Below, piece after piece: positions 36,395 to 48,270 of a DNA stretch of 64,000 nucleotides (positions are counted from its first letter, which is position 1; the number at the start of each line of letters is the position of its first letter). The position numbers and the translations under genes were made by a program. The notes under the pieces are model-generated. The model saw only the letters and a list, made by a program, of their open reading frames with translations. It was not told where the DNA came from and made no database searches. The DNA is from Ginglymostoma cirratum (lineage: Eukaryota). Where the stretch lies: the NCBI GenBank assembly GCA_024137785.1, contig JAHRHZ010000035.1, forward strand, positions 24,389,601-24,453,600. The letters are read 5' to 3'.

Positions 36395-38275
36395 CATCCC
36401 TGTTGATCAGAAGCTGAACTAGGTCATCCAGATAAATAGGTCAACAAACAGGAGGCTGGAAGAATCCAGCGATCCAGGCAGCATCTGGAGGAAAGAAGCA
36501 GTCAACATTTCGGGTATAACCCTTCTTCAGTCCTGAAGAAGGGTAATAACTGAAATGTTGACTGCTCCTTTCCTCCAGATGCTGCCTGCCTGGCTGTGTT
36601 CTTTCAGCCTCCTGTTTGCCTACCTTAGATTCCAGCATCAGCAGGTTTTTTTGTCTCCAGTCAGGTAAATACTCCAGCTATGACAGCAGGTCAGAGGCTA
36701 GGAATTCTGTGGTGAGTAATTCACCTCCCGACTCCCCAGAACCTTTCCACCATCGACAAGGCACAGTTCAGGATTTTGATTGCATAGTCTACACTTGTCT
36801 GGATGAGTGCAGCTCCAACAACACTCAAGGAATTTGACACCATCTGGGACAAAGCAGCCACTTAATCGATGCTCGACATTCAGTCCCTCTACCACAGACC
36901 GACACATCGGCAGCAGCACGTGCCATTTACAAGATGCACAGAATAACTCCTCAATGCTCCTTCAACAATACCTTCCAAAGCCACAGCCACTACAACTTCG
37001 TACAAAGGAAGATGGTTGTGGTGGTTGGAGGTCAGTCATCTCAGCTCCAGGACATCTCTTTTCAGAAGTTCCTCGGGTTAGTTTCCTTAACTCGACCATC
37101 TTCAACTGCTTCATCAGAGACCTTCCCTCCATCATAAGGTCAGAAGTACGATGATTGCACAACATTTTAATTCCTCAGATACTGACATCTGTACCTGAAT
37201 GCAGTATTATTTGGACAACATCCAGGCTTGCGTTGGCAAGTGGGAATTAAATTCATGACATGCAATTACTAGGCAATGGCTATTTCCAACAAGAGAGAAT
37301 TGAAACATCGGCCCTTGATGTTCAATGGTATTGCCATCACTGAATCACCTCCCAGCAGTTACCATTGACCAGAAACTGAACTGGACTAGCTGTATAAATA
37401 CTGTAGCTGCCAGAGCGCTCAGAGGCTAGGAATCCTGCAGCAAATAACTCACTTCCTGATTCCCAGAACTTGTTCACCATCTACAAAACACCAGTCAGGA
37501 GTGTGATGGAATTCTGTCCACTTGCCTGGATGAGTGTAGCTACAACAATACTCAAGGAGCTTGATATCATTGGGAATAAAGCAACCCATATGAGCGGCAC
37601 CAAAACAACGAACATTCAGTCCCTCCACCACTGATGCTCAGTAACAGCAGCATACGTCATCTGCAAGATGTACTGCAGGAATTCATCAAGGCTGCTAAGA
37701 CAGCACTTCATGAACCCATAACCACTACAATCTAGAAGGACAAAGGTAGCAGATACGTTGGACACCTCTAACTACAAAGTTCCCTCCAGACCACTTGATG
37801 TCCGGATTTGGAAATATATCAGCATTTCTTCTGTACCACTGGATCAGAATCCTGAAATTCCTTCCCTAATGGCACAGTGAATCTATTACAACAAATAAAC
37901 TACAGTGGTTCAAAAAGGCAGCTCACTACCTCCTTCTGAACAATGGGTAAAAAGTACTGGTTCAGCCAGTGATGCTTACTCATGAGTCAATTAAAAAAAA
38001 ACCTTGAAGATCAAGAGCAGGAAATGCATTACACCACCTTCAAGTTCCCTCCAAGCCACACAATATTCTGACCCGGAACTATATATTACCAGCTCCTTAC
38101 TCTTGTCACTGTTTGAAAATCTGACATTCTCTTCCAAACAACCTAAGGCTGTACCCAGATGACATGAAGTGCAGCAATTCAAGAAGCTAACTTACCATCA
38201 CCTCTTGAAGGATAATTGGGAGTGGGCAACAAATGCTGACCTTGTCCATTGATGCTCACAACTAATGAATGAATT
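36395..38275 (+). mobile_element. Three tandem 3' fragments of the 30207-32740 LINE family (~36395-37005, ~37005-37990, ~38025-38275)
   Basis: 37005-37150 matches 31699-31840 (aggaagatgg..gtggttggaggtca..catctcagctccaggacatctct). Tails at ~37960-37990 and ~38215-38275 match 32670-32733. Confidence 0.85.
36439..36657. mobile_element. Palindromic Penelope-like remnant with two opposed hammerhead cores
   Basis: Inverted arms ~36439-36530 and 36533-36624 with a 2-nt loop. Each arm carries CTGAAGA-AGGG...GAAATGTTGAC. Candidate TSD catccagataaata / cagtcaggtaaata. Confidence 0.8.
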
Positions 38276-39781
38276 TTAAAACAAGATCATTAAAACATCC
38301 TTTATGGCTACTTGTGTAACTTACTCAGTATTTACAGTGGAGTGCTGATTCCATTCTGGAAAAAAAGTCGTTATTTTGTCCAGGCCAGCTCAATGGACTG
38401 AGTGCCACATTACTCAGTAAAGCTTAATGGAGTCAGAATTGCATTACAGAAAGGATGTCCATGAATTAGAGTCAAAAATAGCTTATGAATACTCTTAATA
38501 TTTGCTTTATTTCTGACTGTGATTTTCTTATTTCATAAATGTCTGTCATCAGTTTGGACTGCCTGCTGTTCTGGGTGCTTTTATGATTTTTTTTTCTCAA
38601 TAAATTAGGCAGGAGGTTGTTGAAATATACTGCTAAGCTAAAGATTCCCATTTATCTTTGTACTGGCTTATCTATTGCTGAGATTTATGGCAACCTGCTT
38701 TGAAGGAGGTTGGGGGTATTGGCATGATACAGGTAGGACACCAGATGCAGACAGAATGTTTCCGCCTGTGAAAATCCAAAGCTTTATTTAAACAGCTCCA
38801 CTGACCAAACTCATGGTCGGCAGCTAAACACAATTCAGAAATATTTTACTTGCAAGGCAGGGCTTCAGATGTTCTCCGCTGTCATTTCCTTTTAGGTTTC
38901 ATTTATGACTTTTAGTTTCTTAATAGATGTGGATTATTGTGCTGTAGCAACGTTGAATCTGGCAGAGTATTTAAGAGTGAATATATTTGCTTGTTTGATA
39001 TAAAATTTGTCAACATAAAGAAGTGGAATTCTAATCCTGAATCAAGGTGACTTTGCAAGATTTCCCAATTCTTCAGTGTTTGGCAGTTCATGGAGGGTGC
39101 ACATTCATGGACTATACTGTTGTGCAATTGTTTGTAAATAAGAAAACCAAGTGAAAGCGTGCAGTATGAAAATGTACTGAACCATTGCTGTATGTTGTTA
39201 TAATGCTGGCCCCTATCCATGCTCAGTAGAATACTCAATTCTATAAGAAATGCAGTTTAGAAATTGCTGTTGTAGGAAGCTGAACTGGCTTCTAGGAGAT
39301 TTGATGTTCACTGGAAATGACTAGCAGAGCAATATAGAATGTCCAAACATACAAATTACATGGTGCCAAGTCAGTTAGTGTTATATCAGATTTAGAACCT
39401 TATACTGTAAGATGAGATCTTTAGGTGCAATGCTTGTGCAGAATCCTGTTGGAAACATTCAAAATGAATTGTGCAATTTTATTATTTTCTGCATAGTGTT
39501 TTATCCTTTCTTCAATCATTTCTCTTAAAACTCAAATATTCCCAATTCGAAAGAACTCTATGCCTTAAACCTTTTTGCATTTTGAATTGTCAATATTCTT
39601 TCTCCTGGCAACCGGTTTAAATTGATAAGCCTTATCACTAACTCTCAATCAAAGAAAATCTGTCCCTATTCATCCTAAGAAAATCCTTAATAATTTTAAT
39701 ATCCTCTATTAAATCTTCTCTGTGCTGCCTTTATTCCAGTGGAGATAACCCCAGGATCTGAAACCATTCCTCATGCCTATA

Positions 39782-39891
39782 GGGCTAGAAATTTGACTCG
39801 TAATCAATGGACCTAATACAGTGCTGTGTATAACTGGTGGCCGATTCATTATCACCACTTTGAACTACTGCCCAAGATGAATTTCCAGCCC
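39782..39891. mobile_element. 110-bp MITE with GGGC terminal inverted repeats (Harbinger-like)
   Basis: Left end gggctagaaatt and right end aatttccagccc (11/12 complementary), with flanks ata/aca. It lies inside an old reverse CR1-like fragment (~39560-39940). Confidence 0.55.
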
Positions 39892-41394
39892 ACAGTATCT
39901 CAGCCTTAACTTCAACTTAATGAACTCACACTCTGCCAAATAAGGAATGTTTGCGAAGTTGCATTTAATCTCCCAGTGGTGGACATTTTCAATGACCCAT
40001 GAGTTATTATATGTTGGAACGAGTGTATATTTTGAAAGCTATTCAAATTGAAATGTTTAAAGTGGCCCTATCAGGCTATTCACTTACAATGTGTTTAATT
40101 CCAATGTTTATAATTGCTTCCATTATAATTTCCCTTCGGTGGTCATATTAAAAGTAGAAATGTTAAAAATGACTTGAGATTACACCTTAACCAAGAAAAA
40201 TAAATGATGTCAAATTTTTATCATACAGATGCATTTGTGGGGAAAATGACAAACCAATGGAAGTCGCAAGGTATCAACTATCTGACAACAATGTGTGTGT
40301 TGTCTAAACTTTGACCATTTTAGTTGATCTGAATGGATGTGCAGTTGAACAAATGACTTAACCTTGCATGCAACAGAAATGCTCATTAACAGTGAAAATT
40401 GTTGACTTCAGTCACTCTTTGAATTTTATGGAAATGCAGAAGGAATGGGGAGATGGCTATGTCAGAAGAGTGGTTTGGACTGGGAACTGAAGTGGAGCTT
40501 GGCTCAGTCATTCTGGCACCAAATTGGCAATCATTTTCTTTAGCTCTAAGAGCCAGTGGAAACGTCTCTTTGAGCCAAAGATACTCCTATGATCCTGATA
40601 TTTTGACTCAGATACTTTGGACTGATATTGAAGTTATGGCGAGATTTACAAGATGTTGTTTCATTGCAAAAATCCTCTTACAATAACTCTGAGCAAAACA
40701 GTATTAAACTATAATGTGTATTTAGTATAAGTTTAACATGCTTGTTTTATTGGTGAAGTGGAAACTGGTTTAAGTAGTCATGGGAAAAATGTCTGTGGAC
40801 AACAAATGTAAATATAATGGGGGACTGCAATATACAGAAAAAAATACTCCAACAACAGAAATTTATAACTAAAAATATCACAATGGATATTCTCATTGTG
40901 TATAAAGTGAATGTATTCTCTGTTTGCTTAATATTGATGGTTGCAGAAATTGCATTTAATTTAATACTTTTGACAGTAAAGTATTTTAATCTAGCCTTAT
41001 TGATTCCTTTCAATATTTCCAAATGAATTTTATTTGATTACATCTATTATACAGTAAACATTTTGCTTCTGTACACACATTGGGTAAAGCTTGCTTTCTT
41101 GAAATTGTAATGTTTCTATTTTCACTTTCCTGTCACATTTAGTTAGTTGTAAATCACCAGTTAAGTAGAAGAAAAAATGTAGGCAATGTATGGATACAAA
41201 CAGTGTACCTTAGAAAATTACCAAAATGCCAAGAACTTTCAAAACAACCAATGCCCAATTACTAAGTTTAAAAAAAATGGAGAAGGTACATCAATCAGAT
41301 CTGTCAAAGTACATTTTGGGGGAGATATTAACGTGGCATTTTATTTCCCTTTCACAAACTTTGATTTTTTTTCTAATCAACAAAGAAGTACCAA

Positions 41395-41514
41395 ATGATA
41401 CAGGACTAAGGCGAAAGAGACAATGAATGGGATTAGTTGGAAAACTCTCCCAGAGAGCCAGCGTAGTCATGATGGGTCAACTTTCATCCTTCAATATCCA
41501 ATCATTCTATGATT
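41395..41514 (+). mobile_element. CR1-group 3' tail fragment
   Basis: gaatgggattagttgg...ctctcccagagagccagc...catgatgggtc...cattctatgatt. Confidence 0.55.
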
Positions 41515-44500
41515 AATACTTCAGCACATAATTACCAAATTTAAACATTGAGATTTCCTTTTTCATTCAACAGTTTCACTAAATTAAAGTTTTTCTAATG
41601 GAAAAGTTGAAGAGTATTTCACTTTTTCTAGGTGGCTCCTTGTAGAAGCCACAGTGTTCAAGAATACTAAAACAAGAAGGAAAATCAGCAACACTGAAGA
41701 ATAATTTTAAAGAGAAAGCAATGTCTGATCTCTTTGCGTTGTATTCTTTGTTCTGACATTACAATGGGAATCTCAGATTTGGTGGAACCCCCCAGGATAG
41801 TATTAAGTTCTGAGGGTTATTTACTAAAGCTATCTCAGAATTTGATCAACTTTCTGTAGAATTGAGTTGATCATTTCGATCGTAAACTGGTGTGTAGGTG
41901 TTAGATTTTAATGACCAGAGCGTAAGCTATTGTCATCTGAAGGGCATTTTGATCCAACTTTAAATAAAAGCTATGACAGTTAATGATTTGGACTGACTTT
42001 GGACCAATTGATTCCTAAAATGTCATTGAGAAGAGAAAATAGTTTGGTCCTAATTGAATACTTTTTCATTCAATCTGTAGAACTGGAAAATAGGATCACG
42101 ACTTTATAAATTGAATTAACAGTTTTATGTGTGCAATATGCGGGTGCATATGTGCGATATAAATACAAATTGTGATTTTTTTTTCTTGAGTTTGGTTTTG
42201 TTTATTCACCCCGTGCTGACAATTGTGTGACTGCCTCACATATGACTTCAGGATAAATAAATTTAATTTCTGCTGTTCATTAAAAGAAAGTGCAAAGCTA
42301 GTTAGATGCAAAACACTTGCTAAATGTTTGCCATGCATAATTAATATTGTATCACATCCCTGCTGTCAAATAACAGAGAAAAAAATCAATAATTCTATAT
42401 GTAAAACACTGTGCAGTTACGGTTAGCAGATAATGTTGCCATGTGCTCATTATTTTATGGCTTGGTAAACTGAAATTTGATAAATTAGGTAAATTTGTAT
42501 AATTGATTTAAATTGCAAATATATTTATGATAGAAAGTTTGCATTGAATAATGTATTCAACTTAAGATTTTCACTTTCAGCATCTGATTTCAAATTCACT
42601 GCAGACTGATGGAATGATGGTCTTCTCTTTCTGTTAGTTTGTCCCCTATTTAAGCAAGCCCAACTCAGGTTTTAGTACTTTTGAGCCATTGGCACAAAAA
42701 TAACTGTAATTTGGAACTGTTCACCTGAATGGCCATAAAGCTGGATCAGCTAGAAAATGAGTATGTCTCACAAGTGTAGGGTGGGTGCTCTGTTTTTGAA
42801 GTTGGGCAAATTAGAAGGTGCTTCATTCACATTGCAACTGTATCTGCTCTACCTGAAGAGAAAGTGAACATTGGGTTCCGGGAAAGGGAAAGTTTCAGGT
42901 TTCTTAGCACTCTCATCTTGAAAGACACAGCAGTTCACTGGAAAACCAATGCAGCATCTTTGCACTGTCTTCAATATATAGAATCAGTGTTGAAGTGTTA
43001 CAGCTTGCTTTGATTCAAACCATTTAATCCATTTTGTTTTTTTTTGAAGGATGAGGGCTTTACTCATTTTTACCCTTTTTCAAGTAAGAAAAATCAGGTT
43101 TTATGTAATGGGTGGTTAATTTCTTTTATATAACCTTGTCCAATGTTAGATTACCACAATTAAATTCTTATCACATTTTCTCAAGAGAAGCAGTTGTTAC
43201 CTTAAGTTTTCCACTTAAGCATAGAAACCTACTTTTTTAAAAATGTGACTCGAAGTTACAGTTAAATTTCTCTCAATCTTTCTTGATGACATTTGGCTAT
43301 GTTGCCCTTTGTTGTTCTGCCAAGCCTCTTCCTTCTGGTTTCCAACACAAGCTCCATTAATATACACATTGCCTTGGTATTCTGAGGTCACTAAGTTTGT
43401 TAGCCATACAGGACAGATTATATTTTCACCAGTTTCTCTCCTCATAGTCTGCATCATTTTACTATTCATGCTCGTCAGACATTTGTAGATTTCAGTTAAA
43501 GCATGCTCCTATACGTAGAAGTGTGATCTATGATTATGGCCCTTGAGCATTACTGTTGTTTTTAAGCTGTGCTAATGAGCATGTGTAGAAAGAATAAATA
43601 CAGATGACATTTATAATACACTGCAATTATTAGGCATACATGTACTCATTTTATTATAGCATTTCAGAACGTTAATACGCTGGAATATTTGAAGCTATCT
43701 AGGGGATAATGCAATAAGATTATCTTTACAAGAAGGATCTTATCAAGTTAAGTATTTATATTAGCCTTAAGAGGTAAAATCCTAAGCTTGCAGAATCTAA
43801 AATTATTCTGATACTGTGTATGAAATTGGGGAAGAGTCCATGTACCAGCATTATGATGTTAAATGGTTGTCACTTTCACATATACCTGTTATCATCCTAA
43901 AGCTCCAAATTGTTCCAAATGTATCATGGGAGTCAAATGGGTAGTTATTTCAGGTTGTACAGTGGACTGCAAACAGAATGCAACATACTTAATGCTTTCG
44001 TTATCAATGTTGATAAATCTGCTCAACTTTGAAAGAATGGTGATATGATTTTAATCTAGAGGAAGGCTTGTCCAATAATTTGTTCTGCTCTGAAAATAGA
44101 ACTTTGGTTTATATATGTTACAAATGGGTAAAATGGGGTAAATATTCACTGATGAAGTACTTGCAGCAATTTGTACCTGTAACTGTGACCCTAGAGCAGA
44201 ATAGAGTTACTGTACATTTTACATTAGGACATAAGATGACCACAGCATGTTCCGGCAGCACCCTATCTTAAATGCATTCACATTTTGATTGTTTTGTGCT
44301 GGCAGCTACAAAACCACTGCACTGCCTATTCTGGCTCAGACCTGATGACCACTTTTCATATTTACCGGCTATAATTTAATGGTGTCAAACGTCATGGTTT
44401 AAGTTTGATATTTCCACCTGTTGCTAAAATTCAAGAACAATAAAAAGTTGTGTTGTTTAGTTTTAGTCTTCTGTGATAATACCTCAAAAATGTAAGTAAT

Positions 44501-44559
44501 TAATTTATTTCTGGTAAATAATATTCACTGATGTCTCATACATAGCTAGAAAATTACAG

Positions 44560-46220
44560 GTATTAATGCCTTTAGCAGGGCAAACTGACATGGAGAGCAC
44601 ATACAGTAATTACTTGTGTTAATTTCTCATTATTGGTTTCCTTCTCTGTTTTATTAAATGAAAATCTAATGAAAATCATATAGTCTCAAGCTACTATCGT
44701 TTATTTAATTGCTTTTATCAATACCTGAAGCGGTAAAAAGAAGTTGGCAAAAGTCCATTCAACACCACTGTTCCATGCATTGAGAACAACAACGGTGTCA
44801 GGTCTTACCCTTGGTATTCAGGGAATGGAGCAGAAAGAAAAATCACTGCGATTTTTTCCCCCCTTTGCATCTACTGACAGCACCGGCCTGTGATTGCCAG
44901 TCCGATTTGGCAGTTTTTAATCATTTTATCTCTCTTGTTCCCTCTCGTGGGAGACAGTCAGTGTTTAGCAGTCTGCCGTGAAGACCTCAGGGCTAGTTTA
45001 AGCGGCTGTAGCTCAGAGCTCGGATTATTAGCTCTGCTCTTAGGAGCGCGCTCAGATCTTTCCCAAGGGAGTAGTGTGAAAAATTAACACAGGCTCAAGC
45101 ACCAGTGCAGCAGCAAATGATGCAACTGTAATTACTCCATTGATATTCTTCACACAATAATACTGTCATCAGTCATTTACATAAACTTTCTTGCATGAAA
45201 AGCATATGACTGCTTACAATCTTACAGTGCATGCATTATTTATTTATCCCACGCTCCAGACGTGCTATTCTGTAGATTCAAGCAGGCCAAATATAGTTGC
45301 GGAAGTATTTTTAAAGCAAGCCAATCAAAAAGTTAAAAACTTAATGCCATTTAAAAGCAGGATATGCATAATAATAAATGCCTCTTTATCAATCATGTAA
45401 TATTTGACTGCTGTTATCCTTCCTGCCAGACCTCCGTGTCTGTATTGTCAAAAACACATTTACCAATGCACAGCATTAAATCGAAATATTCAAATACTAC
45501 ATTCTTTTCTTTTTAGGGTTTGATTGTATTAATGATTGGAAAGTAGCTGTATATGTCTTGTTTCTGAGGTTATGCCTGCGACTACAAAGAGACATGTCCT
45601 TTTTGGTAATATCTGGGTGAATGAGTCTGTTTTCATTAGTTCTGCCAAAAGCCAAACTCGAGCTGATGCCTTGTCCTTTTTTTTCCGCTTAATAACTCAG
45701 TCGGAGAAATATACAACTAATGATGTTCAGTTATTAGCTTCTCAACATCTGTTTTCTTTTATGCCTGATCCTATGTGCACCTACAGCAACAAAGGATGCA
45801 TTTTGAAAGAACAGGGATGCTTTGAAGTGCACGCTCAAACAGAACAAAATATAAATCGAGCAATTTTTATTAGTTACGTTCTAGGATGGAGTTGTCAGGC
45901 AAACGCAGAGCCCACACTGTGGATTGACAGGTCCTGGTCATCCGTTTCTTTGTTCCTGTGCTGAGCAACAAGGACCTGCAGGGTACAGCATTACTTATTG
46001 CTGTCACAATAAACATTCTCAACGCTGCTGCAGGGGGTGTCAAGGGGAAATGTAGGCACCTTAGTCAAATTTCAGCTGTTGAATATTTAATGAAGCCCGC
46101 AGTGTTTATTTGGTTAGGCTGTCGATTTTTATCGTTCTGTCAATAGTTGCTCATATGTGGTGTGGTGATGATCTTTAGCAGCACATCCCCAAGGAGTGGA
46201 GCCCCTAAATGCAATTATGG
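44560..46220. promoter_or_regulatory. Candidate cluster of conserved non-coding / enhancer elements
   Basis: About 1.6 kb without a recognisable repeat and with locally retained CpGs. Contains the EBF palindrome TCCCAAGGGA (45061), PBX-HOX TGATTGAT (minus, 45388-45395), MEIS TGACAG sites (44875, 45163 minus, 45925) and many TAAT cores. Confidence 0.4.
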
Positions 46221-47957
46221 AATTTATACTGCAATGTGTTTGATATTTCTCTTGATCTAATTTGCAATATGGTAGTTTATTGTTTGGCATTTTAGAGCAG
46301 CTCAAGTGGCAAGAAAATTTGATTTCCTCTCATAATTCTTTATAACATCATTAATGTTCTTAGCACATTGGCCTCAGTTTTTATAAACCACAAATGAGCC
46401 TATAAACCAAGATATTTTATTTCCCTATGTCATGGATGCAATAATTATTAAGAATCATCATAATTTCCACTCTCTCCTTAACACAATATTGGCGATTACT
46501 GGGATCCATTTGAGTTTTGTATTGATGTTCAAGCTAAAACTTAATTTATTCGTACTTGTAAGAGTATCTGTTTAATGAACAAATACAATAATTCAGACAT
46601 TCTCAAATGGTGTGTTATTAGAAATGTGAGGTTATTTCTATGAAACTAATTAACATCTGTAAAATCCAGCCCTCGTGTAAGACATTTTTACAATTTTACT
46701 GCGGTTTGTTATTACATCTCTTTATTGCACATAAGACCATGTAAGATGCCTTTAAACAATTTAATAATTGAACAGAAGCTCCTCTTTTAACATCGTTGCA
46801 TCACTAATATTAAACTGAGAATTGCCTGTCTGTAGTTTGCACTGAACATGTTGGATATGTATGCTCTATTGAAGTATTTAACTGCTTTCCCGTGGAGTTG
46901 CTTACTGTGCAGAGTGGTTCAAAATTTTGGATCTCTTGCCACAAAGGTGTGCCCACAATGAACACTTTTTCCAAAACTACTTTTATATTCAATAAATGTG
47001 TTACAAATTGGACCCCAAAGGTGTAAATTATAGAATAACATATCCAGCAAGCAGTCATATGCTTTAGCCCATTTTCTCCAGATTTTTAAAAAAATGTGCA
47101 TAATGACCTTTGTTGGAAATACGCTGCTTGACAATTCAGCACAAATATTGTGTCGCATAACAAGTAGTTTGTTGAGTACGGCTCCCGCAATCTAAATGTA
47201 TCAAATATTTAAGATAAAGCTTACAAACAGATTTTATTGATTTTTTTGGAGGGAAAATATTATATTCTCATATTTTGTTGGCAATTGTGCATCCATTTTC
47301 TTGGAGTTTTATGAAACAAAATTGGGCATCGACTGGAAAGGATACTGTGATGAAATTTTAAGGTTGAATTAACAGAGAACAAGCTGTGGACCTGGTTGCT
47401 TGTTCTCTAGTATCATTGCAGATTGTTATCTACCCACAGCAATGCAAAATATTTGAAGTCAATTGTTAAGAGCCACCTCTTGCCAAAAAAATGGAGGCAA
47501 CTAAAATACGAGCTCTGGTTCCAGGAACCACATTCTGGTAAACAATCCGTTGATTGAAACAAACTGAAGAAAATTAGATATTTTAAATGCTGTTTTAACT
47601 CTTTGCTGTAGTGCAGAAGCTTATGAACATGATAATTTTATCATGTATTTCTCTTGTCAAAGTAACAACATGGCCTCTGTAGTGCAATTATCCTTTTTAA
47701 GTCAGTTTTGTTGTGCTGTTTTTTGGTGGATGCAGTTAACATTTTATTTAGTAAGCATAGAGAAAGCAGTTTAATTTTAAACTACAATAATTTCTATGTA
47801 TTAATGATTAAGAAAAAAATGCTTATCCTTTTCACAATAAAACTTGACTATAAAAATCTAACAAAATGGATGCATTTTGAAACTCTTTTGAAGTGCTAAG
47901 ATGTTGCTAACTGAAGGTAAGATGCATATTTTATCAGACAATTTTGCATTATTTTCC

Positions 47958-48270
47958 TTTTTATTAATTTGCGGGATGTAGACATTGTAGACAAAGCCAA
48001 CATTTATCGCTCGCACTCAAGAGAGCTCTGGTGAGTTGCTTTCTCAAATCACTGAAGTCCACATGATTGTAGGTACTCTCATATTGTTCTCATTTTGATC
48101 CAGCAACTAAGAAGGATTGGAGAGATGTTTCAAAGCCAGGATGGTTTGTGGGTTAGAAAATTGAAGGGAAACTTGCAGATGGTTGTTTTCCCATATGCCT
48201 AATATCCCTGTCCGTCTTGGTGATAGAGGTCCACTACTTGAAGCTGCTTTTGAAGGAATCTTGGCACGTT
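47958..48270 (-). mobile_element. Diverged 3' end of the 30207-32740 LINE family
   Basis: gggatgtagacattg...ccaacatttat...gaagggaaacttgcagatggttgttttccc is the reverse of 32430-32733. Confidence 0.65.

Noticed and set aside
45536-45964. 142-aa ORF (also the 145-aa ORF at 24344-24781 and the 140-aa ORF at 35995-36417)
   Set aside because: No recognisable domain or splice structure. The composition is typical of chance ORFs in non-coding or repeat DNA.
46176-46187. miR-15/16-like start TAGCAGCACATC
   Set aside because: The match ends after 12 nt and no complementary arm for a pre-miRNA hairpin is visible.
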